A program made the position numbers and the translations under genes. DNA of 64,000 bases, taken from assembly GCA_963718615.1 (NCBI GenBank), contig OY970368.1:4544001-4608000 (forward strand), in the 5' to 3' direction. Below are positions 1 through 10,363 of this stretch, piece by piece. Each line of letters starts with the position of its first letter. The first letter of the stretch is position 1. Source of the DNA: an uncultured cyanobacterium. GTDB taxonomy: Bacteria > Cyanobacteriota > Cyanobacteriia > PCC-9006 > JAAUQQ01. The notes below the pieces were generated by a model. That model made no database searches. It was not told the origin of the DNA and saw only the letters and a list, made by a program, of their open reading frames with translations.

Positions 1-1019
1 AGATTCTCACAATCCCAATCGTCGTACCGTAATTGTAAGCGTTGCTCACCTGCATATTCTACCAGCTTGCCGCCGTAGCGTTCAGCTTCGGTGCCCAAGC
101 TCTGAATGCGCACTTGGCCATTAAACACCGTGGCGCGGGCGAGATAAATCACCAAATCATCCCGCGAGGGTCGATTGACCGTCGTACTGGCGGTGAGGTG
201 GGCTAGCCCGCGCTCGTCCATTTCTTGGGTCAGGGCTAGGGCCGTATTGCGGATGCCGCGAATGGCGACGATCGCCGCCGCTACGGCCATGGTGATGTCT
301 ACACCACCATCGGTCAAAATAGAATGGTTGGACAGATACTGGAAATTTCGCTCTCTCAAATCGTCCCGAATGCGACGATGAATCAAGTTGTGGGAGTTGT
401 AATGGCTCAAGGCTCCCACAATTGCACCACAGGCGGCCCGTGGTTCTCGCCAAGGGGATTCGCGGGTTTTGCCATAGATGTGCTGGCCGCCTTCACGCAA
501 CCGACCCACATGGGTTTTGAGGTCAATGGCCACGAGGGAAATGGACTGGGGATTGCCCGCATAGAGTCGCCACTTGAGTTGCTCATCCAATTCATGGGCC
601 ACCGTCACATGGGCTAAGGTCGCGCCATTGTCCGTGCCACCGCCTGCCGGGAAAAAGGCTTCTAGCTTGAGTTCCCCAATTTCGGAGAGGGTGGCAAACC
701 GGGAAGCCACGACATCGCGGTAGCGCTTGGTTGCTTCTCCTTGGTGGATGCGATCGCCACAATTCGTATAGGCCAAGGTCGTCACCACACTGGGCAAGCT
801 CAAATCTGCCCCGCAGGCTTTCATGTCCGTAGGGCTCCCCGCTGCAAACTGTAGCTCATCGCGCAGGAGTTGGAGGCCGTTGATGAGGGCGTAGCGATCG
901 CTGACAATTTCGTTGAGGTAATTGTGGTAGGCGTTGCGCTCCATGCCAAAACTTGCAGAGAGTTGCCAAAAATAGTCAACGCGTTTTTGGGTGGCCGTGG
1001 CATCAAAGGGCAAGGACAT
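1..1019 (-). CDS. Hypothetical protein (partial, runs off left edge) with LCIB/theta-carbonic anhydrase-like Zn-ligand motifs
   Basis: Translated by hand from ATG at 1019 (MSLPFDATATQKRVDYFWQL...), open to the window edge. Motifs TNCGDR (C87), KTHVG (H170), AACGAI (C197). Not in the ORF track because it has no stop within the window. Confidence 0.75.
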   Translation of the reverse strand, partial: MSLPFDATATQKRVDYFWQLSASFGMERNAYHNYLNEIVSDRYALINGLQLLRDELQFAAGSPTDMKACGADLSLPSVVTTLAYTNCGDRIHQGEATKRYRDVVASRFATLSEIGELKLEAFFPAGGGTDNGATLAHVTVAHELDEQLKWRLYAGNPQSISLVAIDLKTHVGRLREGGQHIYGKTRESPWREPRAACGAIVGALSHYNSHNLIHRRIRDDLRERNFQYLSNHSILTDGGVDITMAVAAAIVAIRGIRNTALALTQEMDERGLAHLTASTTVNRPSRDDLVIYLARATVFNGQVRIQSLGTEAERYGGKLVEYAGEQRLQLRYDDWDCEN

Positions 1020-1238
1020 AACCAGAATTTCGCTCGTAAGGGTTCGCGGCTTTCAAATTGCAGCACATCGCAGCGAATTGCCGCAATTACACTGTCCTTA
1101 GTCTACTGCTCTTAGCCGATGGAAATGACTCTTCGTTACGGCACTGAATAAGTTCAGTCAATCCAGACGAAGACCCAACTATCAGAGCAAACCATCAGGG
1201 CAAATGTAACCCGTTTAGATCTTAAAGACTATAAGACT

Positions 1239-2297
1239 ATGCCTCAGTTTTCCGTTCGTCCATCCTCTCTTCTCGCTGTTTTGGTCATCGGTCTCAGCTT
1301 CACCGCATCGGATCTCGCTGGGGTCAGTCCTTGGGCAACTTCTCCCCTAGGTAGACAGGAGGCGATCGCCCAACCCCTGCGCTCAGCCCAACTTCTGTAC
1401 ACCCTCACTGGTCACGGAGGCGGCATCAATACCGTTGCCTTTACCCGCTTTAACCACTACGCAATCAGTGGCAGCGTCGATAAAACCATCCGAGTGTGGG
1501 ATCTGGATAATGGTTCTTTGGTGCGCACCCTAAACGGCTCCCATGCCGTCAGCAATATCGTTCTCAGTCCCGACAGCAATAAAATCTACAGCACAGGACC
1601 CAGCTATGCCCCTTCCGTCAAAATTTGGCAGCGCGAAACGGGGCAACTCAAAAAAGTGATCAGCGATTTTGAAGCCGTTGTCAGGTCCATGGATGTTAGC
1701 GGCGACAGCGAAGTTTTGGCCACTGCGGTGCTTGAAGGCATCGTTGAACTTTGGGATACGCGCACCGGGGAACGCCTCAAAACCCTACGCGGCCATACGG
1801 ATTATGTAACGGCAGTGGCCTTTGCACCAGGGGGTAAAAAGCTGGTGAGTGGTGCTTCGGGGCGCGATCGCTCCATCAAAGTCTGGAATGTCGATAAAGG
1901 TGAAGAAATATACACCATTAGTCCCCAAAACAATGGCCATCAAGATTGGGTTTTAGACGTTGCAGTCTCGGACAATGGTCGCTATATCGTCAGCGGTAGC
2001 GCCGACAAAACCCTCAAGCTTTGGGATCTTGAAACTGGAACATTGCTGAGAACGTTCTCGGGGCACAACCATTGGGTGCGATCGGTTGCCATTAGCAACA
2101 ACAACGACTACATTGTCAGCGGTAGTAAGGATGGTACCGTCAAGGTTTGGGACCTGAAAACCGGTGCAATACTTTACGATATCAAGGCGGTCGATCGCGG
2201 GAGCGATGAGGTCAGAGCCGTTGATTTTGCCTCAGACAATAAAACCATTATGGCCGGATTGACCGATAGTAAAGTCAAAATTTGGCGACTCAATTAG
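1239..2297 (+). CDS. WD40-repeat protein with N-terminal signal/hydrophobic segment
   Basis: About 7 GH...WD repeats (e.g. GHTDYVTAVAF, SGSADKTLKLWD); hydrophobic N-terminus. Confidence 0.92.
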   Translation: MPQFSVRPSSLLAVLVIGLSFTASDLAGVSPWATSPLGRQEAIAQPLRSAQLLYTLTGHGGGINTVAFTRFNHYAISGSVDKTIRVWDLDNGSLVRTLNGSHAVSNIVLSPDSNKIYSTGPSYAPSVKIWQRETGQLKKVISDFEAVVRSMDVSGDSEVLATAVLEGIVELWDTRTGERLKTLRGHTDYVTAVAFAPGGKKLVSGASGRDRSIKVWNVDKGEEIYTISPQNNGHQDWVLDVAVSDNGRYIVSGSADKTLKLWDLETGTLLRTFSGHNHWVRSVAISNNNDYIVSGSKDGTVKVWDLKTGAILYDIKAVDRGSDEVRAVDFASDNKTIMAGLTDSKVKIWRLN

Positions 2298-2321
2298 CTT
2301 GTTGCTTGTTTGCTTTAGGAA

Positions 2322-2630
2322 TTAAATGAATCGGGAATGGGGTTGTTGATAATCCTGACAGCCGATTGCCGCCTCAGTCAGCGCCCTATGCGGATGCACC
2401 GTGCATTTGAGTCGGTAATCATGGGTAAAAAATTCACAATTGGCGCAGGGAATTTGATGCATTTCCTGGGATCGATGGATTGTGGCTTGCCAGGTTGCGA
2501 CCAGATTCCAGAGGGTGAGGAGGGCGATCGCCCAAGCCAATCCCGCCAACACCACCGTCGGCACTGACCGAACCCATTGTAAAATCGTGCCCATGGCTTG
2601 AAGAACGACATTCATCATAAAATCTGCCAT
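2322..2630 (-). CDS. Small cyanobacterial membrane protein with Cys-rich C-terminus
   Basis: One TM segment, then IPCANCEFF...KCTVHP...GCQDY. Confidence 0.7.
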   Translation of the reverse strand: MADFMMNVVLQAMGTILQWVRSVPTVVLAGLAWAIALLTLWNLVATWQATIHRSQEMHQIPCANCEFFTHDYRLKCTVHPHRALTEAAIGCQDYQQPHSRFI

Positions 2631-2841
2631 CCACCATCCCCCCTAGCTTACGCGATCTCGAAGGTTCGGGCACAGGTATTCGGGCACGGGTCATTCGGGC
2701 ACTGGCCAGATGTTACCGTTGTTCACGAAAGCACTAATTTCCGACCGGAGAACCGGGGTTTGTGGCATATTAGGAGCCCAGGCTCACAAACCTGAATTGT
2801 TTTGCATTGATTTCAATTGATTTCACAGGAAGTCTGTACCT

Positions 2842-3483
2842 ATGGCGCTCCAACTCGGCGATCAAGTTCCAAACTTTACCCAAAAGTCCTCCATGGGGGA
2901 CATTAATTTCTACGATTGGGCTGGTGATAGCTGGGTCGTACTCTTTTCTCACCCGGCTGACTATACCCCTGTCTGCACCACCGAACTCGGGACCGTCGCC
3001 AAATATCGGCCAGAATTCGAAAAGCGCAACGTTAAAACCCTGGCCCTTAGCGTCGATGGGGTCGAATCCCACCAGGGATGGATCAACGACATCAACGAAA
3101 CCCAAGGCACTCGCGTCGATTATCCCATCCTGGCCGATGAAGACAAAACCGTCTCCGAACTGTACGGAATGATTCATCCCAATTCTAGTACGGGCAATAC
3201 CCTGACGGTTCGGTCTGTCTTTGTCATTGATCCCAACAAAAAGTTGCGTCTCACGATTACCTATCCCGCCAGCACAGGCCGAAACTTCGATGAATTGCTA
3301 CGGGTGATTGATTCCCTCCAGCTCACGGACGATCACAAGGTTGCCACCCCCGCGAACTGGAACGATGGCGATGACTGCGTTGTGGTTCCGTCCATTGTCA
3401 CCGCAGATGCGCAGCAACAGTTCCCCAAAGGGGTGACCGAAATTAAGTCCTATCTGCGCATGACCCCTCAACCGAATAAGTAA
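2842..3483 (+). CDS. 1-Cys peroxiredoxin (Prx6 type)
   Basis: FSHPADYTPVCTTE active site; YPASTGRNFDE. Confidence 0.95.
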   Translation: MALQLGDQVPNFTQKSSMGDINFYDWAGDSWVVLFSHPADYTPVCTTELGTVAKYRPEFEKRNVKTLALSVDGVESHQGWINDINETQGTRVDYPILADEDKTVSELYGMIHPNSSTGNTLTVRSVFVIDPNKKLRLTITYPASTGRNFDELLRVIDSLQLTDDHKVATPANWNDGDDCVVVPSIVTADAQQQFPKGVTEIKSYLRMTPQPNK

Positions 3484-3638
3484 GCCATCGGTCAGCTATC
3501 GGTTAGCCAGCCGGATTCATGCACCTGTTCCCAGTCACATTGCGAGGCATTGCGGTCCGCTTCCCCTCGCAATGCCTCTGCCATTTTGTGCCAAGCTAGG
3601 GAAGAGACCTTTCTGCCCGTACCGCACCGCTAACCCCT

Positions 3639-4151
3639 ATGTCTACCCTGACCCAGGAGCTGACCCTGAGACCGACCAGTGCTGCCGATCTCGACTTTGT
3701 TTTCGAAGCCGAATCGGCACCCGCAAATCGTCGGTTTGTCATCCCTTGGAGCCGCAGTCAGCATGAAGCTGCTCTCGAAGATCCCAATCTACAACACTGG
3801 ATCGTAGAAAGTGAAAAGCCCTTGGGATATTTCATCCTAGCGGGGCTCCAAAATCCGAATCAGAGCCTTGAAATGCGTCGGATTGTGATTACCGAGAAAG
3901 GTCGAGGCTATGGTCGTCGGGCGATTAAGCTGACCCTGGGCTATATTTTTGACGAACTGGAGATCCATCGGTTTTGGGTGGAGGTCAAGGATTTTGATGT
4001 GCGGACGCTGCATCTGTATCGCTCCTTGGGGTTTGTGGAAGAGGGCAAATTGCGAGAAAGTTATAAAAGCGCTGAAGGCTTTGAGTCTTTGGTGTTGCTG
4101 TCGATGTTGCGATCGGAATACGAGCAACTAGTGGGCTACCTCATTGACTAA
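3639..4151 (+). CDS. GNAT family N-acetyltransferase (RimJ/RimL-like)
   Basis: KGRGYG acetyl-CoA motif; LYRSLGFVEEGKLRE. Confidence 0.88.
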   Translation: MSTLTQELTLRPTSAADLDFVFEAESAPANRRFVIPWSRSQHEAALEDPNLQHWIVESEKPLGYFILAGLQNPNQSLEMRRIVITEKGRGYGRRAIKLTLGYIFDELEIHRFWVEVKDFDVRTLHLYRSLGFVEEGKLRESYKSAEGFESLVLLSMLRSEYEQLVGYLID

Positions 4152-4175
4152 CCGTAGAGAAGCATCGAGAACATT

Positions 4176-5150
4176 ATGGGGATCACCAACGGTTTTGTAG
4201 GTACGGTCGGGAATACGCCACTCATTCGCTTGAACAGTGTGAGTGAGGCAACGGGGTGTGAGATTTTAGGCAAGGCGGAGTTTTTGAATCCCGGTGGATC
4301 GGTAAAAGATCGAGCAGCGCTGTTCATTATTGAAGATGCCGAACGGCGGGGATTGCTCAAACCCGGAGGCACAGTGGTCGAAGGCACCGCTGGCAATACG
4401 GGGATCGGTCTCGCCCATATTTGTAATGCCAAAGGTTATCGCTGTCTCATCGTGATCCCCGAGACCCAGTCCCAGGAAAAAATCGATTTGCTGCGTACCT
4501 TGGGGGCAGAAGTGCGCACAGTGCCTGCGGTTCCTTACCGTGATCCCAACAATTATGTAAAGCTTTCCGGACGAATTGCGGAAGAATTACCCAACGCCAT
4601 CTGGGCGAATCAATTTGATAATTTGGCCAACCGTCAAGCTCATTACAAAACTACTGGCCCCGAGATTTGGGCGCAAACCAAGGGTCGAGTGGATGCCTGG
4701 GTCGCTGCCATTGGTACGGGCGGTACCTATGCTGGAACGGCAATGTTTTTGAAGGAACAAAACCCTGCGATTCAATGTGTTATCGCGGATCCCCTAGGAA
4801 GCGGTCTCTACAGTTACGTCAAAACCGGTGAAATTGCGATTGAGGGTAGCTCTATCACCGAAGGGATTGGCAATAGCCGCGTCACCGCTAATCTGCAAGG
4901 ATCGCCGATGGATGATGCTATTCAGGTGACCGACCCAGAAGCCCTAGAGATAATTTATCAATTGTTGCGACAGGACGGATTGTTTATGGGGGGATCGGTG
5001 GGAATTAATGTTGGTGCAGCCGTAAAACTAGCTCAAACCCTGGGACCGGGCCATACCCTTGTGACGGTGCTCTGTGATGGCGGTGCGCGCTATCAATCTC
5101 GGATTTTTAGTCAAGAATGGCTGGCCTCTAAGGGATTGACCATGCCTTAA
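4176..5150 (+). CDS. cysK: Cysteine synthase (PLP-dependent O-acetylserine sulfhydrylase)
   Basis: GKAEFLNPGGSVKDR PLP lysine; EGTAGNTG; GTGGT. Confidence 0.9.
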   Translation: MGITNGFVGTVGNTPLIRLNSVSEATGCEILGKAEFLNPGGSVKDRAALFIIEDAERRGLLKPGGTVVEGTAGNTGIGLAHICNAKGYRCLIVIPETQSQEKIDLLRTLGAEVRTVPAVPYRDPNNYVKLSGRIAEELPNAIWANQFDNLANRQAHYKTTGPEIWAQTKGRVDAWVAAIGTGGTYAGTAMFLKEQNPAIQCVIADPLGSGLYSYVKTGEIAIEGSSITEGIGNSRVTANLQGSPMDDAIQVTDPEALEIIYQLLRQDGLFMGGSVGINVGAAVKLAQTLGPGHTLVTVLCDGGARYQSRIFSQEWLASKGLTMP

Positions 5151-5392
5151 AAAACTTAAGAAAAACAGAGAAACACAGAGTTCGGTAACACCCTCGTAAA
5201 GTTTTCGGTCATCCGTACGCCAATTCTAGAAAAGCTGACTACAGTGGAAAAGCAATCAAAAGGCAAGGCGTAATTCAATAAATTGATTGCTGTTTTTGAT
5301 TTTGTTTTACGTTTCCTTGCAAATGATTCTAGAAAAGTTACGGAAAAAGTTACGAAAACATTCGCCAAACCGAAGGCGAAAGGAGATCGATC

Positions 5393-5662
5393 ATGGCTCA
5401 AGTTTTACAGTCTGCTGATTCCGTTTCCGGTGCTGTGGGGCAAAGTTTGGAGGCGCGGATTCATGGGGCGATCGCCGAAGCTCGTCAAGCCTGTTCTGTC
5501 AGTGGTGATTATTCGAGTGAATGTGTTATCGCTTGGGAAACAGTAGAAGAGCTCCAGGCTGAACGCTCCCATCAGCAAGATGCCGCAGATGCTCAACCCT
5601 TCTTTTCCCAATTCTGCTCGGAACATCCCGAAGCCGATGAGTGTCGAATTTACGACGTTTAA
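5393..5662 (+). CDS. cp12: Calvin-cycle regulator CP12 (both Cys pairs present)
   Basis: C...ECVIAWETVEEL core and C-terminal FCSEHPEADECRIYD; AAAGGAG RBS upstream. Confidence 0.92.
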   Translation: MAQVLQSADSVSGAVGQSLEARIHGAIAEARQACSVSGDYSSECVIAWETVEELQAERSHQQDAADAQPFFSQFCSEHPEADECRIYDV

Positions 5663-5673
5663 CCTGATAGTTT

Positions 5674-7335
5674 ATGCCCCCACGTCCCAGCCTACCGTTC
5701 GTCAGCCGCCGCCAAACTGAAATTATTGAAGTAGTGGCTCGCAATGGCTGGGACTACTTTCGCAATCAGCTTTCTCTCAACCCCAAGCCTGAAGAATTCC
5801 GCTTACCGTTACCCGAGGTGCTGCGGCAAATTTTGATTGAGTTGGGGCCAACGTTTGTCAAATTAGGTCAGTTGCTGAGTACTCGCCCAGACCTAGTCGG
5901 GCCAGAATATATTACTGCCCTAGAAACGCTGCAAAGTGACGTTCCGGCGCTGCCGTGGGCTGCCGTGGAACAGGTGTTACGGGCGGAATTGCAGCAATCC
6001 CTAGATGAGTATTTTCTGCACATTGATCCCCAGGCGATCGCCGCTGGTTCCCTGGGCCAAGTCCATCGGGGAAAACTTCAGGACGGCACCCCCGTGGCCA
6101 TTAAGGTACAGCGTCCAGGCATTCGGGAGGTGATTGAACAGGATTTGGAGGGATTGAAGGCGATCGCCACTCTCTTTGACCGAGGGGGCGGTTTAGGTAA
6201 AGCCTATGACTTGCCGGGTCTCGTCGAAGAATTTCGCAATAGCCTCATGGGCGAACTGGACTTTCGGCGGGAGGGGCTAAATACTCAGAAGTTGCAGGAG
6301 AATCTAGCCCATAGCTTTCTATGGGATTCCGGCCAGGTGGTGGTTCCCACGGTGCATTTTGAATGCACAACCGAGCGGGTGCTGGTCTTGGAATGGATCG
6401 AAGGGGTCAAACTGACCGATGCACGGCTGCCACCGGAGCGCCGTAAGGCCGTTGCAGAACTCACGACCCAGGTGATGATGCAACAGATGTTTTTGAATCG
6501 GTTTTTCCATGCGGATCCCCATCCCGGCAATTTTCTCTATATTGCCGATGAGAAGCAGGTGCGGATTGCCTTGTTGGACTGCGGCATGGTAGCAATTCTG
6601 GACCCTCGTACCCAGCGGATTATTACGGATTTAATCATTGGTGTGGTGTACGAGCAACCACGTCAGGTCGCTCAAGCCGTTCGGGAACTGGGATTTGCGC
6701 GATTAGAAGTCGATTTACGAGCCCTTGAAGCTGAATTTGATCGACTTCTGCGGCGATTCTATACGCGCCCCTTAGAAGCGATTAACCTGACTGAATTACT
6801 CAACGAAGCCCTACGAATTCCTCGGGAAAATCAGATTCAGATGCCGGGAACGATTGGGCTATTTGTTAAGGCGATCGCCAACGTCGAAGGCATTGCCCGC
6901 CAGTTGGATCCGCAATTTGCCTTTGTGGACGTGGCGCGACCTGTGGTAGAGCGATCGCTCCAGCAGCGTCTTCTCAGCCCAGCCTTTGGGGCAGATTTGG
7001 CCCGCTCTTCCCTGTATTTATCCCAGCTTTTGCTCGACTTTCCCCAGCGATTGGATGTGTTGCTGGATCGACTGGAACGATCGGAACTGGGGCTCAACTG
7101 GCGCTGGCGAGGGCAAACGGAATTTCAGGCGATCGCCTCCCGCAAAGTGAGTCAGCTTACTCTAGCCTTGATGGGAATGGGCTGTTTGGTTGCAGGAGCA
7201 ATCTTAGTCTTAGCTAGCGCCCAGGAAACTTCGGCTTTGCCCTCGCGCAGTTTGTTTTTCTGGAGTCAAGGGCTGCTGATTTTGGGGAGCGGGATTAATC
7301 TTGGACTACTCTTCAAATTATTGCTGCGCTCCTAA
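5674..7335 (+). CDS. ABC1/AarF/UbiB atypical protein kinase
   Basis: LGPTFVKLGQLLSTRPDL, AAGSLGQVH, VAIKVQRP, FFHADPHPGN. Confidence 0.93.
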   Translation: MPPRPSLPFVSRRQTEIIEVVARNGWDYFRNQLSLNPKPEEFRLPLPEVLRQILIELGPTFVKLGQLLSTRPDLVGPEYITALETLQSDVPALPWAAVEQVLRAELQQSLDEYFLHIDPQAIAAGSLGQVHRGKLQDGTPVAIKVQRPGIREVIEQDLEGLKAIATLFDRGGGLGKAYDLPGLVEEFRNSLMGELDFRREGLNTQKLQENLAHSFLWDSGQVVVPTVHFECTTERVLVLEWIEGVKLTDARLPPERRKAVAELTTQVMMQQMFLNRFFHADPHPGNFLYIADEKQVRIALLDCGMVAILDPRTQRIITDLIIGVVYEQPRQVAQAVRELGFARLEVDLRALEAEFDRLLRRFYTRPLEAINLTELLNEALRIPRENQIQMPGTIGLFVKAIANVEGIARQLDPQFAFVDVARPVVERSLQQRLLSPAFGADLARSSLYLSQLLLDFPQRLDVLLDRLERSELGLNWRWRGQTEFQAIASRKVSQLTLALMGMGCLVAGAILVLASAQETSALPSRSLFFWSQGLLILGSGINLGLLFKLLLRS

Positions 7336-7425
7336 ACTGAAGGTTCTAGATCTCAAATTATCTTGACAAGAAAAATTGATTGTCTCGCTCCCTATTATCA
7401 TCTTTAAAGAAAGTTCTACTAGATG

Positions 7426-8106
7426 TTAAACAGTCTCTCGTAGCGCATAACCTACGCCACGAACTGTATAAATCAGGCGTTTTCGCTGACCTGCTTCTAG
7501 TTTGATACGCAATGCTCGAATATAGACCTCAATAATGTTAGATTCACCACTAAAATCATAGCCCCAAACCTTTTCCAAAATTTGTTCACGAGTCAACACC
7601 TGTCGGGGATGACGGATAAGAAGTTCTAATAAATCGAATTCTTTTGCGGTAAGTTGAATTAATTGGCAATCGCGATATACTTCACGAGTAATCCTGTTTA
7701 AAGATAAATCTTCAAAGATGAATAAGCTAGAAAAACTGTGACGAAAACGACGTAAGTGTGCATTGACTCTAGCAAGGAGCTCTTCAATACTAAAGGGTTT
7801 AATAACATAGTCATCCGCCCCTGCATTCAACCCCGCAACGCGGTCAAGAATTTCGTCTTTTGCCGTCAGCAGAATGATAGGAGTCTGAATTCCCATAGAA
7901 CGAAGTCTCTTACAGATATCTAAACCTGACATACCGGGCATTAACCAATCTAAAATCAGCAAGCTGGGCTGAACTTCTCGTGCTAGCGCCAATCCATCGA
8001 CACCATTGAATGCAACGGTGACATTATATCCCTCTAGATTAAGCTCTAATTTGATAAACTGTGCCAATTTTGAATCGTCTTCGACGAGAAGAATATGGGA
8101 AGTCAT
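7426..8106 (-). CDS. OmpR/PhoB-family response regulator
   Basis: ILLVEDD, LILDWLMP, GADDYVIKPF, TVRGVGY. Start at 8106 overlaps the kinase stop (ATGA). Confidence 0.95.
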   Translation of the reverse strand: MTSHILLVEDDSKLAQFIKLELNLEGYNVTVAFNGVDGLALAREVQPSLLILDWLMPGMSGLDICKRLRSMGIQTPIILLTAKDEILDRVAGLNAGADDYVIKPFSIEELLARVNAHLRRFRHSFSSLFIFEDLSLNRITREVYRDCQLIQLTAKEFDLLELLIRHPRQVLTREQILEKVWGYDFSGESNIIEVYIRALRIKLEAGQRKRLIYTVRGVGYALRETV

Positions 8107-9557
8107 AGCATTAGCTCCCAAAGTGGTAAAGTGATTGTGAACAAACTTCCCTTCCCCGGTTTTGAACGAAGATAAATTCGTCCTCCCATGCTCTCAACTA
8201 AGCTTTTAGAAATCGCTAATCCTAATCCTGTCCCATCCCTAGAGCGGATCATGGATTCATCCACCCGATAGAATCGTTCAAAAATTCGGTTTTGGTGAGC
8301 TAAGGAAATTCCGATACCGCGATCGCGCACATGAATAACTGCTTGTCGTTCTCTTTTGGTTAGAACCAGATCAACTCTTTGATCGGATGCAGAATATCTA
8401 ATCGCATTATCTAACAGATTAAGCAGTACTTGTTGCAATCGATCCTGGTCAGAATAAGCAGTAATATCATCTGTCGTTATTTGCACTCGAATACATCTAT
8501 TACTAACCTTTTTAGTCATTTCTGCGACCTCTACCACCATTGTATTTAATATCACTGGAGAGAGACGAAAGTGGACATGACCACTATCTAGTCGTGCTAA
8601 ATCAAGTAGATCTTGTAACATACGAATCGTACGTTCAGCTTCTGCAGAAGCAGTTGATATCGCTTGTTGCTGATGGGGGCTAAGATTATCACCCCTCCTT
8701 AATAGACTTTGAAGATAGCCTGCAATTATAGACAGAGGTGTTCTGAGTTCATGGGAGACGTTACCAACAAACTGTCGTTGTTGCTCCCATGAGCTTGATA
8801 GACGAACCAACATTTTGTTAAAGGCCTGTGCCAATCCCAAAATTTCATCCGGAGCGCTATGAAGTTCCAGTGTTGAACCTTTTAGCTCGTCAGCAGAAAC
8901 AGCACTAGCTATCTGACTCATTTGCTCTAGGGGCTGAAGTGCTCTACGAATACGTCGCGAGATCGCAATTATTGATAAGACAATTGCGGCTATGCTAACT
9001 ATCGTAAGATTGTAGATTCCTGCATTAAGTCGCTGCTGGTCATCTGTGATGTCCTTGAGGATATAAACCTGTCCAAGGGGATTACCATCAATAGTTAGAG
9101 GATTGCTACAGAGCACGACGTAGTGTTCACCAAAACGAACAACTGTAGGTTCTGCTGGAACTTCGTTTTGTGCCACTGTACTGATGACATCAGGGGAAGG
9201 AATATTAATTCCAGCAGAGCGAGACAGAATCTGTCCGTCAGAACTCTGCACCCAAATCAATAGTCCCGGTGTTGCAAGCTTGTTGATTGTCCGTGCTATG
9301 CCAGCTTCAACGGTCTCCCTCTGACGATAAAGTTCAACCTGCTCTGGAAAATGATCTGTGATATATTCTAGATTTTGCTTATGTGCATAAATCAGATTCT
9401 TTTCCATACGCCAACCAGCCCAAACCGTTACACTAGAGATTCCTACAAACGAGAGAGAAATCAACTCTAAGGTCAAGCGAAACTGTAACGACGTAAGAGA
9501 AATTTGTCCAACTCGTTCAATGGATAGATGAGTAATAAACCTTTGTAAGAGGTGCAA
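8103..9557 (-). CDS. Membrane sensor histidine kinase (2 TM, HAMP, HisKA, HATPase)
   Basis: VSHELRTPL H-box, NLLDNAIRY, DRGIGI, GTGLGL. Confidence 0.95.
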   Translation of the reverse strand: MHLLQRFITHLSIERVGQISLTSLQFRLTLELISLSFVGISSVTVWAGWRMEKNLIYAHKQNLEYITDHFPEQVELYRQRETVEAGIARTINKLATPGLLIWVQSSDGQILSRSAGINIPSPDVISTVAQNEVPAEPTVVRFGEHYVVLCSNPLTIDGNPLGQVYILKDITDDQQRLNAGIYNLTIVSIAAIVLSIIAISRRIRRALQPLEQMSQIASAVSADELKGSTLELHSAPDEILGLAQAFNKMLVRLSSSWEQQRQFVGNVSHELRTPLSIIAGYLQSLLRRGDNLSPHQQQAISTASAEAERTIRMLQDLLDLARLDSGHVHFRLSPVILNTMVVEVAEMTKKVSNRCIRVQITTDDITAYSDQDRLQQVLLNLLDNAIRYSASDQRVDLVLTKRERQAVIHVRDRGIGISLAHQNRIFERFYRVDESMIRSRDGTGLGLAISKSLVESMGGRIYLRSKPGKGSLFTITLPLWELML

Positions 9558-9740
9558 GATGTTTCTCTATGCATTAGTTTCATTAATCGTAGTATACGAG
9601 CAAAACCTAATTTCTGTCTAGATGAATCTGTCTTGAATTAGATCTAGGGTAACAAACCAGATCCTTGAAGTTATACATTGAAAGATTGAAGCCAAGAAAA
9701 TAGGGGTTTTCAGCAAAAACTTAGGCATTATCTATCAAAT

Positions 9741-9759
9741 TTTCATCTCCTACTCATTT
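9741..9759 (+). promoter_or_regulatory. Candidate OmpR-type direct-repeat operator upstream of the thioredoxin operon
   Basis: TTTCATCT-cct-ACTCATTT, 11-bp period; near-identical copy at 15311-15329. Confidence 0.45.
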
Positions 9760-9816
9760 TTCTGGATTGTAATGAAGAGCGTCAAGATAAGTTATCTTCT
9801 GTTTCTGGAAATTCAA

Positions 9817-10323
9817 ATGCCTCAGTTTTCAAGATTATGGATCCGTCTGTTTTTAGCTGGTCTTACAGGCGCAGCACTAATCGTTGTTTCAGCATCTGTT
9901 GTAATCACAGCAACGCCAACCCAGGCAACCGCTCAGAATAATCCCTGTGCTGCTAAAAAAGGAGCCAATGTCGGAGGCCCCTTAGCCAAAGAATTACGGG
10001 GTAAGCCCGTTGTCGTTGACATCTACGCAAGCTGGTGTCCCGCTTGCAAAAATATTGCGCCAACGCTCTCGCGGCTACAGGAAGATTACGATGGAAAAGC
10101 TCATTTTATTGTGTTAGATGTCAGCGACAAGTCTAAGGCTCGTCAGGCAGAGGCTAGAGCTAAGCAGTTGGGGCTGGACAAATTTTTTGCTGCCCACAAA
10201 TCCCAAACTGGCCTAGTTGCCATCATCGATCCAGCAACAGGTGATATTTTGGCACAACATCGTAATAACCCGACAAAATCTGCCTATAGCTCTGTGCTCA
10301 ACGCTGCGATCGCCAAGAAGTAA
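9817..10323 (+). CDS. Exported thioredoxin-like thiol:disulfide protein
   Basis: Signal-peptide-like N-terminus, NPCAAK element, DIYASWCPAC. Start could be 9772. Confidence 0.88.
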   Translation: MPQFSRLWIRLFLAGLTGAALIVVSASVVITATPTQATAQNNPCAAKKGANVGGPLAKELRGKPVVVDIYASWCPACKNIAPTLSRLQEDYDGKAHFIVLDVSDKSKARQAEARAKQLGLDKFFAAHKSQTGLVAIIDPATGDILAQHRNNPTKSAYSSVLNAAIAKK

Positions 10324-10363
10324 AAGGTATACATTAATCTTCAATTTGGATTAGGAGGTCATT

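Noticed and set aside
157-1115. Short ORFs listed in the track at the left edge
   Set aside because: They are alternative frames of the long minus-strand ORF starting at 1019
5330-5360. AAAAGTTACG direct repeat upstream of cp12 as an RpaB HLR1 site
   Set aside because: Period is 12 bp rather than 10 and the core is GTTACG; cannot be told apart from the common micro-duplications
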